Origin: Desulfobulbus propionicus DSM 2032
GTDB lineage: Bacteria; Desulfobacterota; Desulfobulbia; Desulfobulbales; Desulfobulbaceae
Assembly: GCF_000186885.1 (NCBI RefSeq)
Contig: NC_014972.1
Coordinates: 2,850,001-2,882,000, forward strand
Direction: 5' to 3'
Length of the DNA stretch: 32,000 nucleotides
Position numbers and translations under genes: made by a program. The notes under the pieces are model-generated. The model searched no databases and was not told the DNA's origin. It saw only the letters and a program-made list of their open reading frames with translations. Positions 18,475 through 28,351 of the stretch are shown here, piece after piece (within the stretch, counting starts at the first letter, position 1; every line of letters begins with the position of its first letter).

Positions 18475-20847
18475 ATGATCACCAACCTCGGCAAACGGTT
18501 CTTTGTCCCCACCCTGATCGCGATCGCGGTCGGGGTGGCGGTCATGTTGACGGCGGTGACGTTCAATGCCAAGGCGGCGCAGGAGGAATTGCGCAGACGG
18601 CTGCAACGGGAGACACTGTTGGCGGCCCGACTGATCGACAGCTGGCTGCAGGCGCAGCTGATCGACCTGACCCTCTGGTCCCGGCAGGAATCGGTGGTCA
18701 GGGCCCTGGAGGAAGGAGACACGCCCGAGGAGAACCTGCGGGCGGCTCACCGGTTTCTCGACACCCAGCGGGCCGGCCACCCGTTTTACGAAGCCTCGTT
18801 CCTCACCGATGCCCGGGGCCTGGTCATCGCCTTTGCCGCCGACCAGGCCCAGCCCCTCGCCGACCTCGAAATAGGAGATCGGGCCTATGTGCGGCAAACC
18901 TTGGAGGGCAGCCAGGTGGTGTCACCGGTTCTGGTCAGCAGACTCAGCGGCAAGCGGTCGTTCGCGATCACCGCGCCGGTCACCGCCGGCGGCCGGACGA
19001 TCGGCCTGGTTGGCGGCATGGTCGACCTGGCGACGCTTAAACGCCTGTTCATCAACGATTTCAAATTGATCCCCAACGGGTTCGCCCTGCTCGCCGACAG
19101 CAGCGGCCAAGTCATCGCCAGTTCCCGGGACAACGAGCAAACCCTGTCCCGGTTCGGCAACTTCGCCCAACGGATCACCGGCGGCGGCGAGGGCGTCTTC
19201 TCCCAGCCCATCGACAACACCGAAACCCTGACCGCCTTCCGGCGATTGCATCACGCCGACTGGTCCCTGGCGGTCAATCAGCCGCTGGACGCCTCCCTGC
19301 GGCCGTTCCTCCGGGCGGGACAGATCAGCATCGTCGCCTCCCTGGTGGTGCTGGCCGGCCTTTCCCTGGTCAGCCTCGCCCTGTTCCGCCGCCTGATCAC
19401 CCGCCGGATACGGGCCATGCTGCCGGTGATCGCCCAGGTCAAGGAGGGCGACCTGAACAGCCGCATTGCCTTGGACGACGCCCAGGAGGACGAGGTTTCG
19501 CTGGTGATCGCCTCGTTCAACGAAATGATCGGCCAGCTGCAGACAAACATCGCCGCCCTCAACAAGGAAATCCGCCTGCGCAGCGACAGCGAACAGATGC
19601 TCGCCTATCATCAGGAACATCTCGAACAGCTGGTCGCCGAGCGGAGCCGGGAGCTGGAGAGCGCGATCATCGAACGCAAACAGATGGAGGAACGGCTGGC
19701 CCGGGTGGAAAAACTGGAGCTGATCGGCACCCTGGCCGGCGGGGTTGCCCACGACCTCAACAACATCCTCTCGGGCATCATCACCTATCCGGACCTGCTG
19801 CTGCTCAAACTGCCCGATGACAGCCCGCTGGTCAAGCCGCTGCGCTCCATCAAGCTCTCCGGCGAGAAGGCGGCGGCCACCATCCAAGATCTGCTGATCC
19901 TGGCCCGGCGCGGCATCGCCACCAAGCAGCCGGTCTCGCTCAACGCCGTGGTCGAGGAGTACCTCCGTGGCCAGGAATACCAGCAACTGTGCAAGCGCCG
20001 GCCCGGACTGGAGCTGCGCGTCGACCTCGGCCCCGACCTGTCCCCCATTCTCGGCTCGCCGCTCCACCTGGCCAAGACCGTGGCCAATCTGGTGAACAAC
20101 GCCGCCGAATCGATGCCCCAGGCAGGAATCATCCACCTGGCCACCGCCAACCGGCCTATCGAGGCGCCGCTGGCCCTCTACGAACAAATCGAGCCGGGCC
20201 GTTATGTGGTGCTCGAGGTCCACGACCAGGGCGCCGCCCTTGCGCCGCATGACCTGACACGGATCTTCGAGCCCTTCCACACCAGCAAGAAAATGGGCCG
20301 GGGCGGAACCGGCCTGGGCATGGCCGTGGTCTGGGGCACGGTCAAGGACCACGATGGCTTCGTGGACTGCGAGAGCCGGGCGGATACGGGCAACCGCTTT
20401 TCCCTGTTCTTCCCCGTCACCGACGCGATGCCGCGCCCTGAGCCCCGGCAACCGGTGGCCACCATCGAAAGTCCCGGCCCACACGAGCGGGTGCTGATCG
20501 TCGATGACTCTGCGGAGCAGCGCGAGCTCGTCCTGGTCACCCTCAAGGAACTAGGCTACACCGCCGTGGCGGCCGCCAGCGGCGAACAGGGGATGGAACT
20601 GCTCAAACAGGACCGGTTCGATCTCGTCCTGCTCGACATGATCCTCGGGCAGGGCATGGACGGCCTGGACACCTACCGGCAGATCCTGGCCCATGCGCCC
20701 GAGCAGAAGGTGCTCATCGTCAGCGGCTATGCCGAAAACCAGCGGATCGCCGAAGCCTTGCGGCTCGGAGCGCGGGGCTATGTGAAAAAACCCTACACGG
20801 TGGTCGAACTGGCCCAGGCCATGCGCCGGGCTCTCGCGCACCCCTGA
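18475..20847 (+). CDS. Hybrid sensor histidine kinase (Cache-HAMP-HisKA-HATPase-REC)
   Basis: Periplasmic Cache-like region, HAMP, LAGGVAHDLNNILSGI H-box, GRGGTGLGMAVVWG, C-terminal REC LVLLDMILGQGMDG...VKKPYTVVELAQAMRRAL. Start codon assigned at MITNLGKRF. Confidence 0.92.
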   Translation: MITNLGKRFFVPTLIAIAVGVAVMLTAVTFNAKAAQEELRRRLQRETLLAARLIDSWLQAQLIDLTLWSRQESVVRALEEGDTPEENLRAAHRFLDTQRAGHPFYEASFLTDARGLVIAFAADQAQPLADLEIGDRAYVRQTLEGSQVVSPVLVSRLSGKRSFAITAPVTAGGRTIGLVGGMVDLATLKRLFINDFKLIPNGFALLADSSGQVIASSRDNEQTLSRFGNFAQRITGGGEGVFSQPIDNTETLTAFRRLHHADWSLAVNQPLDASLRPFLRAGQISIVASLVVLAGLSLVSLALFRRLITRRIRAMLPVIAQVKEGDLNSRIALDDAQEDEVSLVIASFNEMIGQLQTNIAALNKEIRLRSDSEQMLAYHQEHLEQLVAERSRELESAIIERKQMEERLARVEKLELIGTLAGGVAHDLNNILSGIITYPDLLLLKLPDDSPLVKPLRSIKLSGEKAAATIQDLLILARRGIATKQPVSLNAVVEEYLRGQEYQQLCKRRPGLELRVDLGPDLSPILGSPLHLAKTVANLVNNAAESMPQAGIIHLATANRPIEAPLALYEQIEPGRYVVLEVHDQGAALAPHDLTRIFEPFHTSKKMGRGGTGLGMAVVWGTVKDHDGFVDCESRADTGNRFSLFFPVTDAMPRPEPRQPVATIESPGPHERVLIVDDSAEQRELVLVTLKELGYTAVAAASGEQGMELLKQDRFDLVLLDMILGQGMDGLDTYRQILAHAPEQKVLIVSGYAENQRIAEALRLGARGYVKKPYTVVELAQAMRRALAHP

Positions 20848-21046
20848 GCGGGGTCGGCCATCGGATAACTGCTCATCGTGACAAGCTGTTGGAAGAAATG
20901 ATGCAATCAGGTACGATCACCACCAAAAGCAGCCCGGCAGGCACAGGCGGCCGCGCGTTCCAGGCCAAACCGGCGGACCGCCATGGACAGGCGGCAAGCG
21001 GACCGGTATCGCCCCCCACTCCACTCTTCCCTTGGGTTGTGCGCCT

Positions 21047-24001
21047 ATGAACCCCACCCATCCCGGCATTCTCGCCAAGACCCTGTTGCTCATCAGCCTG
21101 TCGGTCTGCGGCCTCACGGCCGGCTTCATCGCCTTTTCCTACGGCCTGGTGGTCGACCGCTTCCAGAGCCTGGAGAGCGAGGAAACCTCGGTCAACCTCG
21201 AACGGGTGGTCAGAGAACTGGAAAACAAGCTCTACCGGGTCGAATCCTCGGTGTCCGATTGGGCGCCCTGGGACGAGACCGCCGTGTTCATCCAGCAGCT
21301 CAACGACGACTACAAGGACAAAAACCTTCGGCCGGACCCCTTCCAGACCCTGGACCTCAACTTCATGCTCTTTTTCAACGCCGCCGGCTCCCTGGTGCAC
21401 AGCCAGTTCCACAACCTGGACACGGGGCAGGCCGCTGCCAGCGACCCGGCGGTGATCCAAGCCATCCAGGCACTGCCCCCGCTGTTCCGCCACGCCTCGG
21501 CCAAGGACCAGACATCCGGCATGGTGGTCACCCCCACCGGTATGGCCCTGGTGGCCTCAGCGCCGATCGTCACCAGCACCTTCGAAGGCCCCATCCTCGG
21601 CACCCTGGTGTTCGGCCGCTACCTTGACAAACAGGTCGTGGCCCAGATCAGTGCCCAGACCCAGTTGGCTGTCCGGACACATGCCCCGCTGATCCACCAG
21701 CAGCTGTTCACCGAGGCCGCCGTCCGCCCACCGCACGCCCCCCTGAGCCGCCAGTTTGCCGTGCGCGTGGCCGATGGCGGCACCGTCAACGGCTACGCGC
21801 TGATCAACGACCTGGCGGACCGGCCCGGACTGGTGTTTGAAATCGCCCAGGAACGGAAGCTCTTTCGCCAGGGCGTGACCATGTGGCGGCAGCATGCGCT
21901 GTTCTCGCTCCTGCTTGGCCTGGTGTTCATCCTTGTCCTGGTGGTGCTGCTGAACAGGGGGATCCTGCGGCACCTGACCCGCCTGACCAGCGAAGTGGGC
22001 GCCATCGCCGTCAGCGGCCGCCACGACGGCCGGGTCACGGTGAGCAGCCAGGACGAAATCGGCGAGCTCGCCATCCAGATCAACACCATGCTGGAATCGC
22101 TGCATTGGCTGCAGCGGCAGCGCGAGGACAACGAACGGCACCTGCAGACCATCATCGATTCGATTCACTGCGGGATCATGATCGTCGATGCCGAAAACCG
22201 CCACATCCTGTCGATCAACAGGACCGGGGCCGCCATGCTCAACCGTTCGCCCGAGGCGGTGATCGGCCAGGTCTGCCATCAGTTTGCCTGTCCGCAGCAG
22301 CAGCACGACTGCCCGGTGCTGGATAGGGGCGAGCAGGTTGACCTGAGCGAGCGCAGCCTGCTGCGCGCCGACAACAGTCTGTTGCCGGTGCTCAAGAGCG
22401 TGGCGGTGATCGAGAAGGAGGGCCGCCAGCTGCTGATCGAAAGCTTCATCGACATCAGCGGCCTGAAGCAGGTGCAAGAGAAACTGCGAATCAACGAGCT
22501 GAAATATCGACAATTTTTCGAGGATGACCTGACCGGCAAGTTCCTCGGCGACATCGATGGTCAGATTCTCGACTGCAACCGGGCCTTTGCCGAAATGCTC
22601 GGCTACCAGGAGGTGAATGAAGTCAAGGGCGTCAGCTTCCGCCAGCATTATTTCATCGCCGGCAACCGCGCCGACAAGCTGCAACGCCTGACCAAGAGCG
22701 GGAAACTGATACGCGACGAGGAAATTCTCCGCCACCGCGACGGCTCGCCGATCTACTGTATCGGCAACATCGTCGGCGAATTCGACGAACAGGGGCAGTT
22801 GATCCACATCCGGGGATATGTCATGGACGACACCAAACGGGTGCTGCTTGAACAGGAGGTCCGCCAAGCGCAGAAGCTGGAGGCCATCGGCACCATGGCC
22901 GGCGGCATCGCCCATGATTTCAACAACATTCTCGCCGGGATCATGGGCTATGCCGAACTGATCCTCCGCGACCTCGAGCAACAGCCGCAGGCCCGCCACC
23001 AGCAGCTGCTGCGCAATATCCTCTCGGCCGGAGAACGGGCCAGGGCCCTGATCCACAAGATTCTCACCTTCAGCCGGCAGGCGGAAAGCGAACCGCAGCC
23101 GATCCGGCTGCAACAGACGATCGACGATGCGGTCGACCTGATCCGCGCCAGCCTGCCGAGCACCATCGCCATCGAACATCGTTCCGATTCCCGGGCCACG
23201 GTTCTGGCCGACCCGATTCAGATCCACCAGGTGTTCATGAACCTGTGCACCAACGCCGGCCATGCGATGAAGGAGAGCGGCGGCACCCTGACCATCAGCC
23301 TGGAGGACGTGACCCTCGACAGCCAATTCACCAGCGACCACCCGGAACTGCGGCCCGGCGAATATGTGCGGGTCGAGGTCAGCGACAGCGGCGAGGGCAT
23401 CCCGGAGCATCTGCTCGGCCGCATTTTCGATCCATTCTTCACCACCAAGAAGAAAGGAGAAGGCACCGGCCTGGGCCTGGCGATGGTGCACGGCATCGTC
23501 AGCTCGATGCACGGCCTGATCCAGGTTGCCTCCCAGCCCGGACAGGGCACCCGGTTCACCATTCATCTGCCGATCGTCCAGGAAACCGGGGACAAGGCGC
23601 CAGCCGCTCCCCAGACCGTGCCCACGGGCAGCGAGCACGTGGTCTATGTCGATGACGAGGAATTTCTGGTGGACATCGGCACCGAGATTCTGCGCGGCTT
23701 GGGCTATCTGGTGACCGGGTTCACCGACAGCGACCTGGCGCTTGGATATCTGCTCGCCCACGAGGGCGAGGTGGATCTGGTGATTTCGGACATGACCATG
23801 CCCAAACTCACCGGTCTGGACCTGGCCCGCAACCTGCAAGAACTCGACGCTCCGCCGCCGGTGATCATCTGCACCGGCCACAACGAGGGCATGACCACGA
23901 CCGATCTCGCCCCCTTGGGCGTGCGCGAGATGCTGCTCAAGCCGATCACGGTCAACAAGCTGGCGGAGGCGGTCCGCCGGGTGCTGGACGCCGGGGCGTA
24001 A
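21047..24001 (+). CDS. Hybrid sensor histidine kinase (CHASE4-HAMP-PAS-PAS-HisKA-HATPase-REC)
   Basis: CHASE4-like VSDWAPWDETAVFI, HAMP, two PAS regions, MAGGIAHDFNNILAGIMGYAEL, GEGTGLGLAMVHGI, C-terminal REC DLVISDMTMPKLTG...LLKPI. Confidence 0.93.
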   Translation: MNPTHPGILAKTLLLISLSVCGLTAGFIAFSYGLVVDRFQSLESEETSVNLERVVRELENKLYRVESSVSDWAPWDETAVFIQQLNDDYKDKNLRPDPFQTLDLNFMLFFNAAGSLVHSQFHNLDTGQAAASDPAVIQAIQALPPLFRHASAKDQTSGMVVTPTGMALVASAPIVTSTFEGPILGTLVFGRYLDKQVVAQISAQTQLAVRTHAPLIHQQLFTEAAVRPPHAPLSRQFAVRVADGGTVNGYALINDLADRPGLVFEIAQERKLFRQGVTMWRQHALFSLLLGLVFILVLVVLLNRGILRHLTRLTSEVGAIAVSGRHDGRVTVSSQDEIGELAIQINTMLESLHWLQRQREDNERHLQTIIDSIHCGIMIVDAENRHILSINRTGAAMLNRSPEAVIGQVCHQFACPQQQHDCPVLDRGEQVDLSERSLLRADNSLLPVLKSVAVIEKEGRQLLIESFIDISGLKQVQEKLRINELKYRQFFEDDLTGKFLGDIDGQILDCNRAFAEMLGYQEVNEVKGVSFRQHYFIAGNRADKLQRLTKSGKLIRDEEILRHRDGSPIYCIGNIVGEFDEQGQLIHIRGYVMDDTKRVLLEQEVRQAQKLEAIGTMAGGIAHDFNNILAGIMGYAELILRDLEQQPQARHQQLLRNILSAGERARALIHKILTFSRQAESEPQPIRLQQTIDDAVDLIRASLPSTIAIEHRSDSRATVLADPIQIHQVFMNLCTNAGHAMKESGGTLTISLEDVTLDSQFTSDHPELRPGEYVRVEVSDSGEGIPEHLLGRIFDPFFTTKKKGEGTGLGLAMVHGIVSSMHGLIQVASQPGQGTRFTIHLPIVQETGDKAPAAPQTVPTGSEHVVYVDDEEFLVDIGTEILRGLGYLVTGFTDSDLALGYLLAHEGEVDLVISDMTMPKLTGLDLARNLQELDAPPPVIICTGHNEGMTTTDLAPLGVREMLLKPITVNKLAEAVRRVLDAGA

Positions 24002-24061
24002 GAATCATCACCCGCGCCTGACCGAGCCTCCGGCAGGCCGATATTCAAGGAGAACAAGCCC

Positions 24062-25165
24062 ATGCTGTTGTCCCGCTGGATCCTCCATTGCTGTGTGCTG
24101 GCGCTGTGCGGCTGTCTCGCGGCCGGCTGCCGGCCAGACGACCCCCAGCCGTCCTCGGCGCCCCCCCGCCTGGCCCGGGAACTGGCGTTGTACAACTGGC
24201 CCGATGATATCCCCCGGTCGGTGCTGGAGGCCTTCACCCGGGAATTCGGGGTCAAGGTGGTCTATCAGACCTTCCAATCCCAGGAAGAAGCGGTGGCCGC
24301 GCTCCTCGACGGCAAGGTGTATGACGTGGCGGTGCTGGAAAATCCGTTCATTCCCCCTCTGGTGGCGGCCAACCGCCTCAAGGAGCTCAATTTCCGCCAC
24401 ATCCCCAATTTTCGCAACATCTCGGCCAATTTCCGCGATCTGGCCGCCGATCCGGGCAACCGCTACACCGTGCCCTATCATTACGGCACCACCGGCCTGC
24501 TGGTCCGCACCGATCTCGTTGGCCAGACGGTGCGCCGCTGGAGTGATCTGTGGCAGCCGCGCCTCCAGGGCAAGGTGGCCATGCGCGCCCAAAGCAGGGA
24601 ACTGCTCGGCCTGACCCTGCTTTCCCTCGGATACAGTCTGAATTCGGAGAAACCGAGCGAGATCGATGCCGCCGTGGAACGGTTGATCGCCCTGAAACCC
24701 CAGGTCCGCTGGGTCGAGGTCGACACGCCCAAGGCGGTGGCCAAACTGCTCGACGGCTCCGCCCCTGTTCTCCTGGGCTGGCCCATGGATTATCAGGTGG
24801 CCCATGCGGCCAACCCGGCGGTGGCCTACATCCTGCCCGAGGAAGGAACCGCCCTGTGGAGTGACAACTATGTGATCCCGGCCAGCAGCCCCAACGTCTA
24901 CACCGCCGAGGTGTTCATCAATTTTCTGCTCCGCCCCGAGATCAGCGCCCAGATCGTCAACGAGCGCAGCTATCCCACGGCCAACGAGGCCGCCCTGGAC
25001 CTGATCAAGCCCGAGGTGCGCAACGATCCGGTCATTTTCCCGCCGGCCGAGGCGCTGCGGCGGGCCCATTTTTATCGCCCCCTGAGCCGGGAAGGAGAAA
25101 CCCTCTACCAGCGAGCCTGGGATCGTTTCCTCGCCGCGCCTCCGGCCCTGGACGGGCAGCCATGA
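24062..25165 (+). CDS. PotD-like polyamine-type periplasmic binding lipoprotein (orphan, no ABC transporter partners in window)
   Basis: Lipobox LAAGC; ELALYNWPDDIPRSVLEAFTREFGVKVVYQTFQSQEEAVA, VPYHYGTTGLLVRTDLV, WSDNYVIPASSPNVYTAEVFINFLLRPE, SYPTANEAA as in PotD/NspS-type proteins. Confidence 0.85.
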   Translation: MLLSRWILHCCVLALCGCLAAGCRPDDPQPSSAPPRLARELALYNWPDDIPRSVLEAFTREFGVKVVYQTFQSQEEAVAALLDGKVYDVAVLENPFIPPLVAANRLKELNFRHIPNFRNISANFRDLAADPGNRYTVPYHYGTTGLLVRTDLVGQTVRRWSDLWQPRLQGKVAMRAQSRELLGLTLLSLGYSLNSEKPSEIDAAVERLIALKPQVRWVEVDTPKAVAKLLDGSAPVLLGWPMDYQVAHAANPAVAYILPEEGTALWSDNYVIPASSPNVYTAEVFINFLLRPEISAQIVNERSYPTANEAALDLIKPEVRNDPVIFPPAEALRRAHFYRPLSREGETLYQRAWDRFLAAPPALDGQP

Positions 25166-28100
25166 ACCCGGACCGCGTGCCCGTGCCAAAAGTGTCCGCC
25201 GAACCCTCGGCCGGCTTCCTCGGCCGCAGCCTGCGGCGGCAACTGCTGGTGGTGTTCGGATCGGCCATGGGGCTGCTGCTGGTCGTCAGTCTCGCCGGCA
25301 TTTTTTTCCTGGTGCGCACCACCGAACGGCAAGGCTGGATCGGCCGCCAGCACGAAGCAACCCAGCGGGTGGTGCACACGGTCGGCGAGTTCATGCAGCG
25401 GCAGCAGGAGGTGCTGCGCACCGTGGATCTGCTGGCGGGGGATCAACCAGGGGACACGGGCGCCACCCTGACCCAGCTCCTGCGCGAGCAGCCGATCATC
25501 AAGGAGCTGATCCAGGTCGATGCCGACGGCCGGGTTCTCGCCCGCGCCTCGACCGATGCGCCGGTGCTGGCCGACCTGTTCACCGTCGCCCAGGCCAACT
25601 GGTTCGTCACCGCCCGCCGGGGAGACACCTATATCGGCGACATGCAGTTGTCCGCGGCCACGGAGCCCTACGCGGTCTTTGCCGTGCCCGCCTCCCGGGG
25701 CGGGGTGATCGCCTGCCGTCTGCGGGTCGATCGTTTCAGCCAGCTGGTGGCAGAGCTCCATTTCGGCCGCGGCGGCATCTCCTATCTGGTCAGCCGCGAA
25801 GGCCGGGTCATCGCCCACAGCGGCTCCCGCCTGATTCCAGGCGCCCACGAACAGGGCCATCACCATCACCTGCTCGACCTGATCCGCACCACGGTCGACA
25901 GCTGGTCGGGCACCTATCAGAACTTCAACGGCCACTGGGTGGTGGGCACCATCGCCGCCGTGCCCGGCACCCCGTGGATGGCGGTCACCGAGCTTCCCCT
26001 GGAGGAGGCCCATGCGGCCAGCTGGCGGGCGCTGTGGACCCTGTTCATCGCCGCCCTGATCATCACCGCCACCCTCACCGTCCTGGTCACCTGGCTGCTC
26101 AAGCGTCAGTTCCTTGGCCCGCTCGAACAGTTGCAGCAGGGCGTGACGCAGATCGGCCACGGGGCGCTCGACCACCGCATTGTCCTTGCCGGGCCCTCCG
26201 AATACCTCCATCTCGCCGGGGCCTTCAACCACATGGCCGCCACCCTGCAGCAACGGGAAGCGCAGCTGGCCGAACAGAACAGGGCCATGCAGGCCAGCGA
26301 GGCCCGGTACCGCGCCATTGTCGAGGACCAGACCGAACTGGTCTGCCGCTATCTGCCCACCGGCGACATCACCTTTGCCAACGAAGCCTTCTGCCGCTAT
26401 TTCGACAGACCGCGCGACCAACTCGACGGCGTTGATTGCCGCCAGATGCTCTCCCCGGACAACCCGGAGGCAGCGCTGCGGCTGCTGGACACGCTGTGCC
26501 CGGCGCATCCGGTGGCACGTTCCGAGCATCGCCTCGTCCGGCCCGACGGCGAGATTCGCTGGCTGCACTGGACCAATCGGGCGATCTTCGACGACCGGGG
26601 CAACCTGGTGGAGTATGCCGGGGTCGGCCACGACGTCACCGAACGAAAGCAGACGGCCGAGGCCCTGCTCCGCACCAAGGAGGAAGCGGAGGCGGCCAAT
26701 CGGGCCAAATCGCGGTTTCTCGCCAACATGAGCCACGAGATCCGCACGCCGCTGAACGCGATCATCGGCATGACCCACCTGGCCATGCACACACGGGAGG
26801 ACGACAAACGGCAGCGGTTCCTCGCCACCGTGGCCCACGCCGCCGACAGTCTGCTCGGCCTGCTCAACGACATTCTCGACATTTCCAAGATGGAGGCCGG
26901 CCAGCTGTCCCTGGCCACGGAGCCGTTCGACCCGCGCCGGCTGGTCGAGGCCTCGGTTGCGACCCTGGCCGCCCAGGCCAGCGAAAAGGGCTTGGATCTG
27001 CGGCTGCACCTCGGCCCCGCCCTGCCCGACTGCCTGCTCGGCGATGCCCTGCGGCTGCGGCAGATCCTGCTCAACCTGCTCGGCAACGCGGTCAAGTTCA
27101 CCCCGGCCGGCACCATCACCCTGGAGGCCTTTGCCGAAGAGGCGGAGGATGCCGACAACCGGGTCTATCTCCATCTGCGGGTCACCGACACCGGCATCGG
27201 CATCCCGGCGGAAAAACTGGAGTTGATCTTCAACCGCTTTGAACAGGCGGATAACTCCTATGGCCGGCAGTATGGCGGCGCCGGCCTGGGGCTGTCCATC
27301 AGCGCCCAGCTGGCCGCCCTGATGCACGGTCGCCTTTGGGCGGAAAGCCGGGAAAACCAGGGCAGCACCTTCCACTGCCTCATCCCCTTCCCGCGCTGCG
27401 CGTGGCCGGCCGAGGCGAACGGGGCCGACAACGAAACCGGCACGGCTCCGGCTGTGTCCCGCCTGCGCATCCTGGTGGTCGATGACAACGAAGTCAATCG
27501 GGACGTGGCCGCCATGACCCTGGAACGCAACCACGCGGTCACCACCGCCGACAACGGCCTGGAGGCGTTGCGCACCCTGGCCGCCGAACCTGTCGACCTC
27601 GTGCTCATGGATGTGCAGATGCCGGTGATGGATGGTTTGGCGACCACGACGGTGATCCGGGCCATCGAACAGGGCCGCCCCCTTCCGGTCGAGTTGCCCG
27701 ACAACCTGGGACCGGCCCTCGCCGCCCGCCTGACCGGCCGTCGGCTGCCGATCATGGCCATGACCGCCCACGCCATGGACGGCGACCGCGACATGTGCCT
27801 CCAGGCCGGCATGGACGCCTATGTGACCAAGCCGTTCCAGCCCGACCAACTGACCATGGTGGTCGGTTCGCTGGCCCTGTCCCGCCCGGACGATGCCGCA
27901 CGTGCGGCTGTCGACGCCCCGCAGCAGCCGCCGGCCGTGTCTGTCCCCCAGAGCGTGGAACCGACCGCCGAGGCGGTGACCGCCTATCTCCTGGCCACCA
28001 CCCTCCTGGAAACGGACCAGGTGGCAAAAATCCTCGCCGCGGTGCGGACCAGCATGGCCGAACACCTGGACGCGGCCGATCACGCCTTCCGGACGGACGA

Positions 28101-28338
28101 CCTCGATGGCGTGGCCCGGGCCGCCCACACCCTCAAGGGCACCCTGATGCAGTGCGGCCTGGAGGTCTGGGCACGAATGGCCCAGGAGATCGTCGCCGCC
28201 ATCAGAACCACCCAGGTCCTGCCGCCCGCCGACCTGCTGGCCGACCTGCGCCAGGGCCTGGCCGAGCTGCTCGCCCCGGAACGGCCGGCGGACAGCGGCG
28301 GCCAAACCACCCCTTCGCGGCCTCACACGGTTGCCTGA
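25162..28338 (+). CDS. Hybrid sensor histidine kinase (dCache-HAMP-PAS-HisKA-HATPase-REC-Hpt)
   Basis: ATGA overlap with upstream stop; SRFLANMSHEIRTPLNAIIGMTHLAM H-box, LLGNAVKF N-box, GGAGLGLSIS, REC DLVLMDVQMPVMDG, C-terminal AAHTLKGTLMQCGL Hpt. Confidence 0.95.
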   Translation: MNPDRVPVPKVSAEPSAGFLGRSLRRQLLVVFGSAMGLLLVVSLAGIFFLVRTTERQGWIGRQHEATQRVVHTVGEFMQRQQEVLRTVDLLAGDQPGDTGATLTQLLREQPIIKELIQVDADGRVLARASTDAPVLADLFTVAQANWFVTARRGDTYIGDMQLSAATEPYAVFAVPASRGGVIACRLRVDRFSQLVAELHFGRGGISYLVSREGRVIAHSGSRLIPGAHEQGHHHHLLDLIRTTVDSWSGTYQNFNGHWVVGTIAAVPGTPWMAVTELPLEEAHAASWRALWTLFIAALIITATLTVLVTWLLKRQFLGPLEQLQQGVTQIGHGALDHRIVLAGPSEYLHLAGAFNHMAATLQQREAQLAEQNRAMQASEARYRAIVEDQTELVCRYLPTGDITFANEAFCRYFDRPRDQLDGVDCRQMLSPDNPEAALRLLDTLCPAHPVARSEHRLVRPDGEIRWLHWTNRAIFDDRGNLVEYAGVGHDVTERKQTAEALLRTKEEAEAANRAKSRFLANMSHEIRTPLNAIIGMTHLAMHTREDDKRQRFLATVAHAADSLLGLLNDILDISKMEAGQLSLATEPFDPRRLVEASVATLAAQASEKGLDLRLHLGPALPDCLLGDALRLRQILLNLLGNAVKFTPAGTITLEAFAEEAEDADNRVYLHLRVTDTGIGIPAEKLELIFNRFEQADNSYGRQYGGAGLGLSISAQLAALMHGRLWAESRENQGSTFHCLIPFPRCAWPAEANGADNETGTAPAVSRLRILVVDDNEVNRDVAAMTLERNHAVTTADNGLEALRTLAAEPVDLVLMDVQMPVMDGLATTTVIRAIEQGRPLPVELPDNLGPALAARLTGRRLPIMAMTAHAMDGDRDMCLQAGMDAYVTKPFQPDQLTMVVGSLALSRPDDAARAAVDAPQQPPAVSVPQSVEPTAEAVTAYLLATTLLETDQVAKILAAVRTSMAEHLDAADHAFRTDDLDGVARAAHTLKGTLMQCGLEVWARMAQEIVAAIRTTQVLPPADLLADLRQGLAELLAPERPADSGGQTTPSRPHTVA

Positions 28339-28351
28339 CCAAGGGACATCC

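Noticed and set aside
14550-23881. Long minus-strand ORFs (14550-16409, 16515-18722, 18922-20484, 21557-23881)
   Set aside because: All are antisense to well-supported signalling genes and show composition typical of GC-rich reverse-frame artefacts.
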